Shown: in pieces, positions 35,051 to 49,137 of the stretch
Numbering within the stretch: position 1 is the stretch's first letter
Layout: the number at the start of each line of letters is the position of its first letter
Source of the DNA: Bacillota bacterium
GTDB taxonomy: Bacteria; Bacillota; Sulfobacillia; RBS10-35; Bu92
DNA length: 64,000 nt
Direction of reading: 5' to 3'
NCBI GenBank assembly: GCA_014896375.1
Contig: JADBKN010000009.1
Span: 10,397-74,396 of the forward strand
Made by a program: the position numbers and the translations under genes
Notes under the pieces: model-generated
Told to the model about the DNA's origin: nothing
Database searches by the model: none
What the model saw: only the letters and a program-made list of their open reading frames with translations

Positions 35051-35245
35051 GCTTGAGTCTTGTCGCGGGTTGTCGAATGAGCTTCGAGTTTCCTCCTACG
35101 TTCAGGCAGTATTTTAGCAGATGATGTCGAATACCCTCGAACGGAGGCGCGGGTGCCGCGAGGCCGGCCGGGGCTGCGGGCAGGCAGCGCGTTGAGCCAT
35201 GAAGGAAGCCGTGCAGGCTCCCCGAATAGGAGGGAGGTGATCCAG

Positions 35246-35338
35246 ATGACAAAGACGCTTAGGATCGCATGGATCCTCACCGCCCTTGTCGCTCTGGCTA
35301 TCGGTGCCAGCGCCTACGGCCCGAACTGGCCCTGGTAA
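35246..35338 (+). CDS. Candidate 30-aa single-TM micro-protein (MTKTLRIAWILTALVALAIGASAYGPNWPW)
   Basis: Strong [15 protein letters not shown] 6 nt before the ATG. Hydrophobic core. Sits 15 nt upstream of the sensor kinase gene. Third-position GC is lower than the genome norm, which tempers confidence. Confidence 0.35.
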   Translation: MTKTLRIAWILTALVALAIGASAYGPNWPW

Positions 35339-35353
35339 GCGAGGATCCGACGG

Positions 35354-37891
35354 TTGACATCGCTCGCGCCCCATCTCAAGCGGTACTTCACGCTTGTGGC
35401 CCTGGCCGGCCTCACCGTCTTCGCCAGCAGCGCGGCGGCCCGCCCCTACGTCTTCCTGCCAGTCGCGCTCGCCGCCGCGGCCGTGTACGTCGCGGCGGAG
35501 ACGGTGCAGCTCGTGCTCCCCTCGGGGGCCGGCTTCTCCAGCTCGATCGCGCCGATGATGGCCTTTCTCTGGCTGTTCGGCCCGGCGCCCACGCTGCTCG
35601 CGCTCGTCCTCGGCGCGGCCGCCACGGCCGTGCTGCGCCAGGCGAACCCGCACGTGGCCCTCTACAACGCCGGTTCCTGGTGCATCGCGCTCTGGGCGGC
35701 GTCGTGGTTCCAGCCGCTCTCCAGGCCGGATCCGCTGTTCTCCATGGCGGGCTCCTACCTCACGTTCTACGCGATCGCCTCGGGTCTCTTGGTGGGCGGT
35801 CTCGCGCTCTATCGGAGGCAGCCGTATGGCGTGGTGGTCCGCCAGTACGCGCGGGAGACGCTCGTGCCCTTCGCCGGCGGCTTCCTGGTGGCCGTGCTGA
35901 TGACAGCCGCCGCTGAGGCGTGGGGCGTGGCCGGCATCGGCGTCGCCGTCGCCGTACTCACGGCCTCCCAGGCGGCTCTCCAGGCCTACGGCCGCACGCT
36001 GCGCGGGCGCATCGTGCACCGGCTGATCGCGCGCTGGAACGCGGGCGCCCACGCGGCGGACCCGCGCGTGCGGCGCGCCTTGCACTACGCCACCGCCATT
36101 GCGGAAGAACTGGGTCTCGACTCGGCGGAGCAGGCCACGCTGCGCGAGGCCGTGCTCCTCTGCGACATCGCCGTGGAGAGCCTCCTCCCCGGCCTGCGCG
36201 CCCGCTCCGGGCCGCTGGCGCCGGAGGAGCGCGCGCTCTTGGAGCGCCACCCGGCGGCCGGTGCCGAGGCAGTGGGGCAGTTCGCGGAACTCGCGGATGT
36301 GGCGCGCGCCGTGCGCCATCACCACGAGCGCTGGGATGGCGGCGGCTACCCCGACGGCCTCGCCGGCGAGGCCATCCCCGTGCCGGCGCGCATCCTGGCC
36401 GTGGTGGACGCCTACCTGGCCCTCACGCAGCCCTACCCCTACCGCGGCACCCCGCTGGGCCCGGAAGAGGCGCTGGGGGTGCTGCTTGAGGAGAGCGGGC
36501 GCCAGTTCTGGCCCCCGGCCGTAGAGGCGCTGCGGCGCATCCTCGCGCGCGAGGCGGCGCAGAACCTCCTCGCCGCCACGGCAGAGCGCGAACAGGTCGT
36601 GAAGGCGGCCCTCGACCACCTCGTCGCCTCCATCCGCCGGCAGCGCGCCGTGCGCCAGCGCTTTGCGGGCGGCGCGCCCGTCACGCCCGAGCACTGGCGG
36701 GCGCTCTACGAGCTCGGCCGCCTCGTCGCTGGTTCGCGCTCCGTCACGGAGGTGGCGGACGTCACCCTGGGCGTCATGGCGCGGCTTTTCACCGGAGGTG
36801 GGCTCGTGGCCGTGGCCGACGTCGAGGGGTGGACCGTGCGCAGCGTCCGCCGCCTGCCGGCGGGGCTCATCGGCCGGCGGCTGGACCTAGAGGCGGCCGA
36901 CCTCGCCGCAGCCGGGCAGGAGGGCGCGGTGCGGCTCTGCGACGCGCGCCGCGCCGGCGCGTGGGCCGCGCCCTTCGCCGCCGAGGGACTCCATCAGATT
37001 CTGGTCCTGCCGGCGCGCTGGAACGAGCGCACGGTGGCGCTGATCGTCGTCGGCCGCAGCTGGGGCTTCGGCGAGGCGGAGCGCGAGGTGGCGGAGATTG
37101 TCGCCGCGCAGGCCGCCCTGGCCTTCGGCAACGCGCGGCTCTTCCAGGAGCTCGAGGCGCGTCTTGCGGAGATCGAGGCCCTCCGGGACGCGGAACGGCT
37201 GGCGGCCGTGGGCCGCATGGCAGCCGCCGCGGCGCACGAGATCCGCAACCCGCTCACGGCGGTCAAGGGTTTCCTGGAGCTTCTCAAGCGCGATCCCCGC
37301 GGCGAGGACCTGCCGCGCATCCTGCCCCTCGTGCTCTCGGAGCTCGGGCGCATCGAGCGGCTCACGAGCGACATGCTGCTGCTCGCTCGTCCCCCGGCCG
37401 ATCCACGCGCCGCCTGCGACCTTGCGGAGGAAGTCGCGGCGGTGCTGCAGCTCTTGGGCGGGGAGATCGAGGCGGGCGGCGTGGAGCTGCGCCGGGCGGG
37501 CCTCGACGGCCCGGCGCGGGTGCGCGGCGAGGGGCCGCGTGTGCGGCAGGTGGTGCTGAACCTCGTGAGGAACGCGCTGGAGGCCATGCCCGGCGGCGGG
37601 CGCCTCGCGCTGGAGCTCGAGGAAGCGGGCGGCGAGTACGTCCTCTCCGTGTCCGATAGCGGCCCGGGCCTGCCGGCCGAGATCCTCGACCGCCTCTTCG
37701 AGCCCTTCCAGACGACGAAGCCGTCCGGCACGGGGCTCGGCCTGGCGGTGTGCGCGAGCATCGTCCAATCCCTGGGCGGGCGCATCGAAGCGGCCAACCG
37801 CCCGGAGGGCGGGGCGCGCTTCCGCGTGGTCTGGCCCAAGGCGGGTGGGGAGGGCGGGCCGCGCGCCGCCGCCGCGCCGGGGACGGTATAA
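35354..37891 (+). CDS. Multidomain membrane sensor: N-terminal multi-TM domain / HD-GYP-like domain with HD changed to CD / GAF / HisKA / HATPase_c histidine kinase
   Basis: TM helices in residues 1-200. HYATAIAEELG...LLCDIAVE...HHERWDGGGYPDGLAGEAIP is an HD-GYP signature with Cys replacing the His of HD. GAF region. H-box AAAAHEIRNPLTAVKGF. N/G boxes LVRNALEAM, SDSGPGL, GTGLGLAV. Confidence 0.8.
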   Translation: MTSLAPHLKRYFTLVALAGLTVFASSAAARPYVFLPVALAAAAVYVAAETVQLVLPSGAGFSSSIAPMMAFLWLFGPAPTLLALVLGAAATAVLRQANPHVALYNAGSWCIALWAASWFQPLSRPDPLFSMAGSYLTFYAIASGLLVGGLALYRRQPYGVVVRQYARETLVPFAGGFLVAVLMTAAAEAWGVAGIGVAVAVLTASQAALQAYGRTLRGRIVHRLIARWNAGAHAADPRVRRALHYATAIAEELGLDSAEQATLREAVLLCDIAVESLLPGLRARSGPLAPEERALLERHPAAGAEAVGQFAELADVARAVRHHHERWDGGGYPDGLAGEAIPVPARILAVVDAYLALTQPYPYRGTPLGPEEALGVLLEESGRQFWPPAVEALRRILAREAAQNLLAATAEREQVVKAALDHLVASIRRQRAVRQRFAGGAPVTPEHWRALYELGRLVAGSRSVTEVADVTLGVMARLFTGGGLVAVADVEGWTVRSVRRLPAGLIGRRLDLEAADLAAAGQEGAVRLCDARRAGAWAAPFAAEGLHQILVLPARWNERTVALIVVGRSWGFGEAEREVAEIVAAQAALAFGNARLFQELEARLAEIEALRDAERLAAVGRMAAAAAHEIRNPLTAVKGFLELLKRDPRGEDLPRILPLVLSELGRIERLTSDMLLLARPPADPRAACDLAEEVAAVLQLLGGEIEAGGVELRRAGLDGPARVRGEGPRVRQVVLNLVRNALEAMPGGGRLALELEEAGGEYVLSVSDSGPGLPAEILDRLFEPFQTTKPSGTGLGLAVCASIVQSLGGRIEAANRPEGGARFRVVWPKAGGEGGPRAAAAPGTV

Positions 37892-37899
37892 TGTAGGGC

Positions 37900-42668
<4,769 letters not shown>

Positions 42669-42672
<4 letters not shown>

Positions 42673-44162
42673 ACCTTCACGAGCTCACGGCGCACGAGGT
42701 GCGCAACCGCGTCGCGCGGCGGGAGGTGAGCGCGGAGGAGGTGGCGCGCGCCTTCCTTGAGCGGCGCGACGCCGTGGAGGAGCGCCTGCAGGCCTTCATC
42801 ACGCCGCTGGACGCGGAGGCGGTGCTGTCGCAGGCGCGCGCCGTGGACGAGGCCCTCGCGCGGGGGGAGTCGGCGGGGCTCCTCTGCGGCGTGCCGGTCG
42901 CGGTGAAGGACAACATCTGCACCGCCGGGCTGCGCACCACGTGCGCCTCGCGCCTGCTCGCCGACTGGGTCCCGCCCTATGACGCGACCGTCGTCCGCCG
43001 CCTGCGGCGCGCCGGGGCCGTGATCGTGGGCAAGACGAACATGGACGAGTTCGCCATGGGCTCCTCCACGGAGAACTCCGCCTTCTTCCCCACGCGCAAC
43101 CCTTGGGATCCGCGCCGCGTGCCGGGCGGCTCCTCCGGCGGCTCGGCGGCGGCCGTGGCCGCGGGCGCGGCGGCCCTGGCGCTGGGCAGCGACACCGGCG
43201 GCAGCATCCGCCAGCCCGCCGCCCTCTGCGGCGTCGTCGGTCTCAAGCCCACCTACGGCCGCGTGTCGCGCTACGGGCTGGTGGCCTTCGCCTCCTCGCT
43301 CGACCAGATCGGCCCCCTCGCGCGCGACGTGACGGACGCCGCCCTGGCCCTGGCCGTCATCGCGGGACGTGACCCGCTTGACGCCACGAGCGCCCCTGAG
43401 CCCCCCGGCGACTACCTCGCGGCGCTGGAGCGCGGCGTGCGCGGCCTGCGCATCGGCGCGCCGCGGGAGATGTTCGAGGCCGAGGGCGTCGATCCGGCCG
43501 TGCGCGACCTGACGGTCGCGGCCCTCGAGACCCTGGCGGAGCTCGGCGCGGCGGTGGAGGAGTGCCGCCTGCCTACGGCCACGGCCGGCCTCGACGCCTA
43601 CTACATCGTGGCGCCGGCCGAGGCCAGCTCCAACCTCGCCCGCTACGACGGCGTGCGCTACGGCCTGCGCGTGCCCGGCGCGGACATCGTGGAGATGTTC
43701 GAGCGCACGCGCGGCCGCGGTTTCGGCCCCGAGGTGCGGCGGCGCATCATGCTCGGCACCTTCGCGCTCTCCGCGGGCTACTACGACGCCTACTACCGGC
43801 GCGCGCAGCAGGTGCGCGCGCGCATCCGGCGCGAGTTCGAGGAGGCGTTCGAGCGCTTCGACCTCCTCGCCTCGCCCACCTCGCCTACGGTGGCCTTCCC
43901 GTTGGGAGAGCGCACGGCCGACCCGCTCGCCATGTACGCGAGCGACATCTGCACGGTCACGGCGAACCTCGCCGGCATCCCGGCCATCTCGCTGCCCTGC
44001 GGCTTCGAGGGCGGCCTGCCGGCGGGCCTGCAGCTCATGGCGCCGCCCTTCCAGGAGGAGCGGCTGCTCGCCGCCGCGGCCGCGTATGAGCGCGCCACCG
44101 GCTGGCACCGGCGGCGCCCGCCGCTCGGTCTGATCGCGTCGGCAGGGGAGGGCGGGGCATGA
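42669..44162 (+). CDS. gatA: Glu-tRNA(Gln) amidotransferase subunit A
   Basis: Amidase signature [14 protein letters not shown]. Translationally coupled to gatC. Confidence 0.95.
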
Positions 44163-45607
44163 GCCGCACGGAAGCGACGACGCAGTTTGAGACGGTCATC
44201 GGCCTCGAGGTGCACGTGGAGCTCTCCACGGAGACGAAGATGTTCTGCGCCTGCCGCGTCACCTTCGGGGAGCCGCCGAACACGCACGTCTGCCCCGTCT
44301 GCCTGGGGCTGCCGGGGGCGCTGCCCGTGCCCAACCGGCGCGCGGTGGAGTTCGCCGTGCGCGCGGCGCTGGCGCTCCACTGCGAGATCGCGCCGGTGAC
44401 GAAGTTCGACCGCAAGAACTACCACTACCCCGACCTTCCCAAGGGCTACCAGATCTCCCAGTATGACCGGCCCCTGGGCACCGGCGGGTACCTGGACGTG
44501 CCGCTGCCGGAGGGCGGCGTGCGGCGCGTGCGCATCCGCCGCCTGCACCTCGAGGAGGACGCCGGCAAGTCGCTGCACGACCCGCGCCTCGGCACGCTCG
44601 TCGACCTGAACCGGGCGGGCGTGCCGCTCATCGAGATCGTCTCCGAGCCCGACCTGCGTTCACCTGAGGAGGCGCGCGCCTACCTTCAGGAGCTGCGCAA
44701 CGTGATGCTCTACGCCGGCGTCTCCGACGTGAAGATGGAGGAAGGCAGCCTGCGCTGCGACGCCAACATCTCCATCCGCCCGGCGGGCAGCCGCGAGTTC
44801 GGGGCGCTCGTGGAGATCAAGAACATGAACTCCTTCCGCTCGGTCAAGCAGGCGCTGGAGTACGAGGCCGAGCGCCAGCGCGCGCTCGTCCTCTCCGGGG
44901 AGCGCGTGGAGCGGGAGACGCGCCACTGGAACGAGCGCGCCGGCCGCACGACGCCTTCGCGCAGCAAGGAGGAGGCGCACGACTACCGCTACTTCCCGGA
45001 CCCGGACCTGGTCCCTTTGCGCATCGACGCCGAGTGGGTGGAGTCCATCCGCCGCAGCCTGCCCGAGCTCCCGGCGCAGCGGCGCGCCCGCTACGAGGGG
45101 CTCGGCCTCTCCGCGTACGACGCCGCCGTGCTCGTGGATGAGCGCCCCCTGGCCGACTTCTTCGACGCCTGCCTGGCGCTGGGCGCCGACGCGAAACAGG
45201 CCGCCAACTGGCTCATGGTGGAGCTCCAGGGCCTCCTCAACGAGAAGGGGCGGGAGCTCTCGGCCACGCGCCTCACACCGGAGGGCCTCGTGGCGCTCCT
45301 GCGGCTCATCGAGGAGGGGACGATCACCGGCCGCATCGCGAAGGAGATCTTCCCCGAGATGGTCGAGAGCGGCGCCGATCCCCGCTCGCTCGTGGAGGCG
45401 CGCGGGCTCTCGCAGATCGCCGACCGCGAGGAGCTTTTGCGCGTGGTACGGGAGGTCCTCGCCCAGCACCCGGCGGCCGTGGAGGACTACCGCAAGGGCA
45501 AGACGAACGCGCTGGGCTTCCTTGTGGGCCAGGTGATGAAGGCCACGCGCGGCCGCGCCAACCCCGGCCTCGCGAACGAGCTGGTGCGCCGGGTGCTCGA
45601 GGAATGA
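44159..45607 (+). CDS. gatB: Glu-tRNA(Gln) amidotransferase subunit B
   Basis: [13 protein letters not shown]...[12 protein letters not shown] and a C-terminal YqeY-like domain. Confidence 0.95.
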   Translation: MSRTEATTQFETVIGLEVHVELSTETKMFCACRVTFGEPPNTHVCPVCLGLPGALPVPNRRAVEFAVRAALALHCEIAPVTKFDRKNYHYPDLPKGYQISQYDRPLGTGGYLDVPLPEGGVRRVRIRRLHLEEDAGKSLHDPRLGTLVDLNRAGVPLIEIVSEPDLRSPEEARAYLQELRNVMLYAGVSDVKMEEGSLRCDANISIRPAGSREFGALVEIKNMNSFRSVKQALEYEAERQRALVLSGERVERETRHWNERAGRTTPSRSKEEAHDYRYFPDPDLVPLRIDAEWVESIRRSLPELPAQRRARYEGLGLSAYDAAVLVDERPLADFFDACLALGADAKQAANWLMVELQGLLNEKGRELSATRLTPEGLVALLRLIEEGTITGRIAKEIFPEMVESGADPRSLVEARGLSQIADREELLRVVREVLAQHPAAVEDYRKGKTNALGFLVGQVMKATRGRANPGLANELVRRVLEE

Positions 45608-46998
45608 GCGAGGCGGCCGGCCGGCCGCGTCCGGGCGACGTGCTCCTCCTCGAGGTCGACGACCTGGCCGCGGGCGGCGACGCCGTGGCCCACCACGACG
45701 GTTTCGCCGTCTTCCTGCCCTACGGCGCCGTGGGCGACCGCGTCCGCGCGCGCGTGCTGGAGGTGCACCCGCGCTATGCGCGCGCCGCCATCGAGAGCGT
45801 GGAGGCGCCGGCGCCGGCGCGCGTGGCGCCGCCCTGTCCCGTCTTCGGCCGCTGCGGCGGCTGCGCCTGGCAGCACGTGGCCTATGAGGCCCAGCTGGCG
45901 GCGAAGCGCAAGATCGTCACCGACGCGCTGGAGCGCATCGGCGGATTCACGACCGGCGACGCCCCCGGTGCCGTGCGCGTGCGCGAGATCCTCGGCATGG
46001 CGCGGCCCTGGCACTATCGCAACAAGGCGGCCGTGCCGGTGGCGGCGGGGCCCGACGGGCGCGTGCGCCTCGGCTATTACGCACGCGGCAGCCATGAGGT
46101 CGTCGACTGGGACGACTGCCACCTCGAGGACGAGCGGCTGGTGGCGGCGCTGCGGGCGATGCGGCGCCTCATCGAGCGCTGGCGCCTGCAGCCGTACGAC
46201 GAGGCCCGACACGCGGGCCTGGTGCGCCACGTGGTGGGACGCGTGGCCGTGGCCACGGGGGAGCTGCTCTTGGGGCTCGTGCTCAACGGCGAGGGCTTCG
46301 ACGGCGAGGACGCCTTCGCCCGCGAGCTGCGCGCGGCCGTGCCCGGCCTCGCCGGCTTCGTCCTCAACGTGCAGCGCGCGCGCGGCAACCGCATCCTGGG
46401 CCCGCGCACGCGCACGGTCTGGGGCCGGCCGTACGTGCGCGACAAGCTCCTCGGCCTGCGCTTCCACGTGTCGCTCGCCTCGTTCTACCAGGTGAACCCG
46501 GCGCAGACGGAGGCCCTCTACCGGCGGGCACTTGAGTACGTGGACGGCACGGCGCGGCGCGCGCTGGACGCGTACAGCGGCATCGGCACGATCGCCCTTC
46601 TCCTCGCCGCAAAGGCGGAGGAGGTGCTGGGCCTGGAGATCGTGCCGGAGGCTGTCGCCGACGCGCGGGAAAACGCGCGGCTCAACGGCGTGGAGAACGC
46701 CCGCTTCGAAGCGGCCGCGGTGGAGGAGCGCCTGCCGCAGCTCCTGGCGGCGGGCTGGCGACCGGACGTGGCCGTGCTCGACCCGCCCCGCGCCGGCGCG
46801 CACCCGGAGGCGCTGGCCGCCCTGGCGGCGGCCGGGGTGCCGCGCATCGTCTACGTCTCCTGCAACCCCGCGACGTTCGCGCGCGACGCCGCCTACTTAA
46901 GAGGCTGCGGCTACCGGCTGGTCGAAGTGACTCCCGTGGACATGTTCCCGCAGACGGCGCACGTGGAGCTCTGCGCGCAGATCGTGCGGGAGGGCTGA
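45604..46998 (+). CDS. rlmD: 23S rRNA (uracil-C5)-methyltransferase RlmD/RumA (TRAM + 4Fe-4S + SAM MTase)
   Basis: TRAM domain, Cys cluster [17 protein letters not shown]-MTase motifs and catalytic PPRAG. Confidence 0.85.
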   Translation: MSEAAGRPRPGDVLLLEVDDLAAGGDAVAHHDGFAVFLPYGAVGDRVRARVLEVHPRYARAAIESVEAPAPARVAPPCPVFGRCGGCAWQHVAYEAQLAAKRKIVTDALERIGGFTTGDAPGAVRVREILGMARPWHYRNKAAVPVAAGPDGRVRLGYYARGSHEVVDWDDCHLEDERLVAALRAMRRLIERWRLQPYDEARHAGLVRHVVGRVAVATGELLLGLVLNGEGFDGEDAFARELRAAVPGLAGFVLNVQRARGNRILGPRTRTVWGRPYVRDKLLGLRFHVSLASFYQVNPAQTEALYRRALEYVDGTARRALDAYSGIGTIALLLAAKAEEVLGLEIVPEAVADARENARLNGVENARFEAAAVEERLPQLLAAGWRPDVAVLDPPRAGAHPEALAALAAAGVPRIVYVSCNPATFARDAAYLRGCGYRLVEVTPVDMFPQTAHVELCAQIVREG

Positions 46999-47017
46999 GG
47001 CGCAAGGGAGGACAAGG

Positions 47018-47536
47018 ATGTCGCTCGCCCGTTATGTCGGCCGCATCACCCCGAGTTCCGTGGGCACGGCCGTGGACGCGTCCGGCCGCGTGCTCCTCCT
47101 GCGGCGGGCGCGCGCGCCCTTCGCGGGCCTCTGGACGATGCCCGGGGGCAAGATCGAGCCCGCCGAGCAGCCGCGCGCCGCGATGGAGCGCGAGTACCTG
47201 GAGGAGACCGGCCTTCCCGCGCGCGTGGCGCGCTTCTGCGGCCTCGTCAGCGAGATCGTGCGCTCCCCGGAGGGGACGGCGCACTTCATCCTGCACGTGT
47301 TCCGCCTGCAGCTGGCGGCCGGCGGCCCGCCGGGAGAGGACTTCCCAGACGCGGCCCGGGGACCCGAGGGCGAGCTCGCCTGGTTCCGTCCGGAAGAGAT
47401 CTGGCGGCGCGACGACGTGGCGGCGAGCGACGTCTGGATGCTGCGCCACCTCCTTCTCCAGGAGGGTGCGCCCCGCCTTGTGGAGATCGTCTCCGATGAA
47501 GCCGACCCCACCCGCATGGAGGTGGCCTGGCTCTGA
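47018..47536 (+). CDS. Nudix hydrolase (MutT-like)
   Basis: Nudix box GGKIEPAEQPRAAMEREYLEETGL. Confidence 0.8.
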   Translation: MSLARYVGRITPSSVGTAVDASGRVLLLRRARAPFAGLWTMPGGKIEPAEQPRAAMEREYLEETGLPARVARFCGLVSEIVRSPEGTAHFILHVFRLQLAAGGPPGEDFPDAARGPEGELAWFRPEEIWRRDDVAASDVWMLRHLLLQEGAPRLVEIVSDEADPTRMEVAWL

Positions 47537-48657
47537 TCCCGCGGCTGCGCCGGGCTCTCCTCAGCTGGTACGACGCCCACCGGCGCGAGCTGCCGTGGCG
47601 CGCGCGGCGGGACCCGTACGCCGTGCTCGTCAGCGAGTTCATGCTGCAGCAGACGCGCGTGGAGACGGTGCTGCGCTACTACGACGGCTTTCTCGCCGCC
47701 TTCCCGGATCTCCACGCGCTGGCGGCGGCCTCGGAAGACGACGTGCTGCGCGCCTGGCAGGGCCTGGGGTACTACGGCCGCGCGCGGCGCCTGCGCGCCC
47801 TGGCGCAGGTGGTGCGCGAGCGCTGGGGCGGCGAGCTGCCGGAGGACGCCGCGCGCCTGCGCGAGCTCCCCGGCGTGGGGCCGTACCTGGCCGGCGCCGT
47901 GGCGAGCATCGCCTTCGGGCGGCGGGAGGCGGCCGTCGACGGCAACGTGCGCCGCGTGCTCGGACGGCTCTTCGACCTTGACACGCCGTCGCCGGCGCGG
48001 CTCGAGCGCCTGGCGGCGCGGCTTCTGGACCCGCGCCGCCCGGGGGACTGGAACCAGGCCCTGATGGAACTCGGCGCCACGGTCTGCCGCCCGCGCGCGC
48101 CGCGCTGCGCGGCCTGCCCGCTCGCCGCCTGGTGCCGCGCTCACCGGCGCGGCCGCGTGAAGCAGCGCCCGGCGGCGCGTCGGCGGGCGGCGCCGGCGGA
48201 GGTGGAGCGCGCCACCCTGGTGCGCGTGCGCGACGGGCGCGTGGCGCTGGAGCGGCGGCCGCCCGGCGGTCTCCTCGGCGGGCTCTACGGCTTCCCAGGC
48301 GAGGACCTGCCGGCGGGCGCGGGCGAGGCGGCGGCGCGACGGGCGCTCTCGGACGCCTGGGGCGCGCCGCCGGCGGCGCTGGCGGCGTGGCCGCCCTACC
48401 GTCACGTCTTCACCCACCGCGCCTGGACGGTGCGCCCCTTCCTTTGGGCCGAGGCAGGCGGGGCGGAGGCGGGCACCGGGGCGGGGCGGACACAACGCAA
48501 GCGCGCGGCGGGGGCGGGCGCGTCGGAGGCGGGCGCATCGGAGGCGGGACTTCTCTGGCTGGGGCGTGCGGAGCTTGCGGCGGCTCCCTTGCCGCGGGCG
48601 TTCGAGCCGCTGCGGCGGGTGCTGTTGGAAGGATCGCGGGACATCCTGCTCATGTGA
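47533..48657 (+). CDS. mutY: A/G-specific adenine DNA glycosylase MutY (start codon uncertain)
   Basis: Conserved N-terminus LLSWYDAHRRELPWR...PYAVLVSEFMLQQT lies upstream of the listed GTG 47623. HhH-GPD, a [4Fe-4S] Cys cluster CPLAAWC and a C-terminal Nudix-like domain. The only in-frame candidates upstream are CTG 47533 or ATC 47536. Confidence 0.8.
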   Translation: MIPRLRRALLSWYDAHRRELPWRARRDPYAVLVSEFMLQQTRVETVLRYYDGFLAAFPDLHALAAASEDDVLRAWQGLGYYGRARRLRALAQVVRERWGGELPEDAARLRELPGVGPYLAGAVASIAFGRREAAVDGNVRRVLGRLFDLDTPSPARLERLAARLLDPRRPGDWNQALMELGATVCRPRAPRCAACPLAAWCRAHRRGRVKQRPAARRRAAPAEVERATLVRVRDGRVALERRPPGGLLGGLYGFPGEDLPAGAGEAAARRALSDAWGAPPAALAAWPPYRHVFTHRAWTVRPFLWAEAGGAEAGTGAGRTQRKRAAGAGASEAGASEAGLLWLGRAELAAAPLPRAFEPLRRVLLEGSRDILLM

Positions 48658-48660
48658 GGG

Positions 48661-49137
48661 GTGCGGGCCATGGAGGAAGCGACGGTCGCCGGCTGGGCCG
48701 AACGCCTGCAGCCGCTTCTGGGATACACGGCGCGACTGTCCGTGGGACGCACGGCGCCCGACGTGTGGACCGGCCTGGAGGCGGTCGAGATCGAGGTGGA
48801 GGCGCTCTGGACCGTCGGCGAGATCGCGGCCGAAGGCGATGAGCTCGTCGTGCGCGCGGCGGCCGGCGGGGGCGGCGCGGGAGAGGCGCTGCGCCCGCTT
48901 GGGGAGGGGCGGGCGCGCGGCACGCACGGGCCGGGCGAGGCCCGCGAGGTGCGCGTGCCGGTGGCGCAGGCATTCATGGGCCTCGACGCCGCGGGCGAGT
49001 TCTTCCTGGCGGGCTGGCCGGAGGGCGACGGCCGCTTCCGCTACCTCCGCATCTCAAGGGAGGACGCGGGGAGCGCCCCGCCCGCGCGCCCGCGCCCGCT
49101 CCCAGGGCGGGGGCCGGTGGGCGATGGCCGCGCGTGA
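48661..49137 (+). CDS. Hypothetical acidic protein
   Basis: Coding-like third-position GC. No recognisable motif. Overlaps the queG start by 14 nt. Confidence 0.4.
   Translation: MRAMEEATVAGWAERLQPLLGYTARLSVGRTAPDVWTGLEAVEIEVEALWTVGEIAAEGDELVVRAAAGGGGAGEALRPLGEGRARGTHGPGEAREVRVPVAQAFMGLDAAGEFFLAGWPEGDGRFRYLRISREDAGSAPPARPRPLPGRGPVGDGRA

Noticed and set aside
37886-37891. Perfect TATAAT 8 nt before the pcrA ATG
   Set aside because: The hexamer is formed by the last sense codon plus the TAA stop of the kinase gene, and no -35 is present. Probably coincidental, although a leaderless pcrA transcript cannot be excluded.
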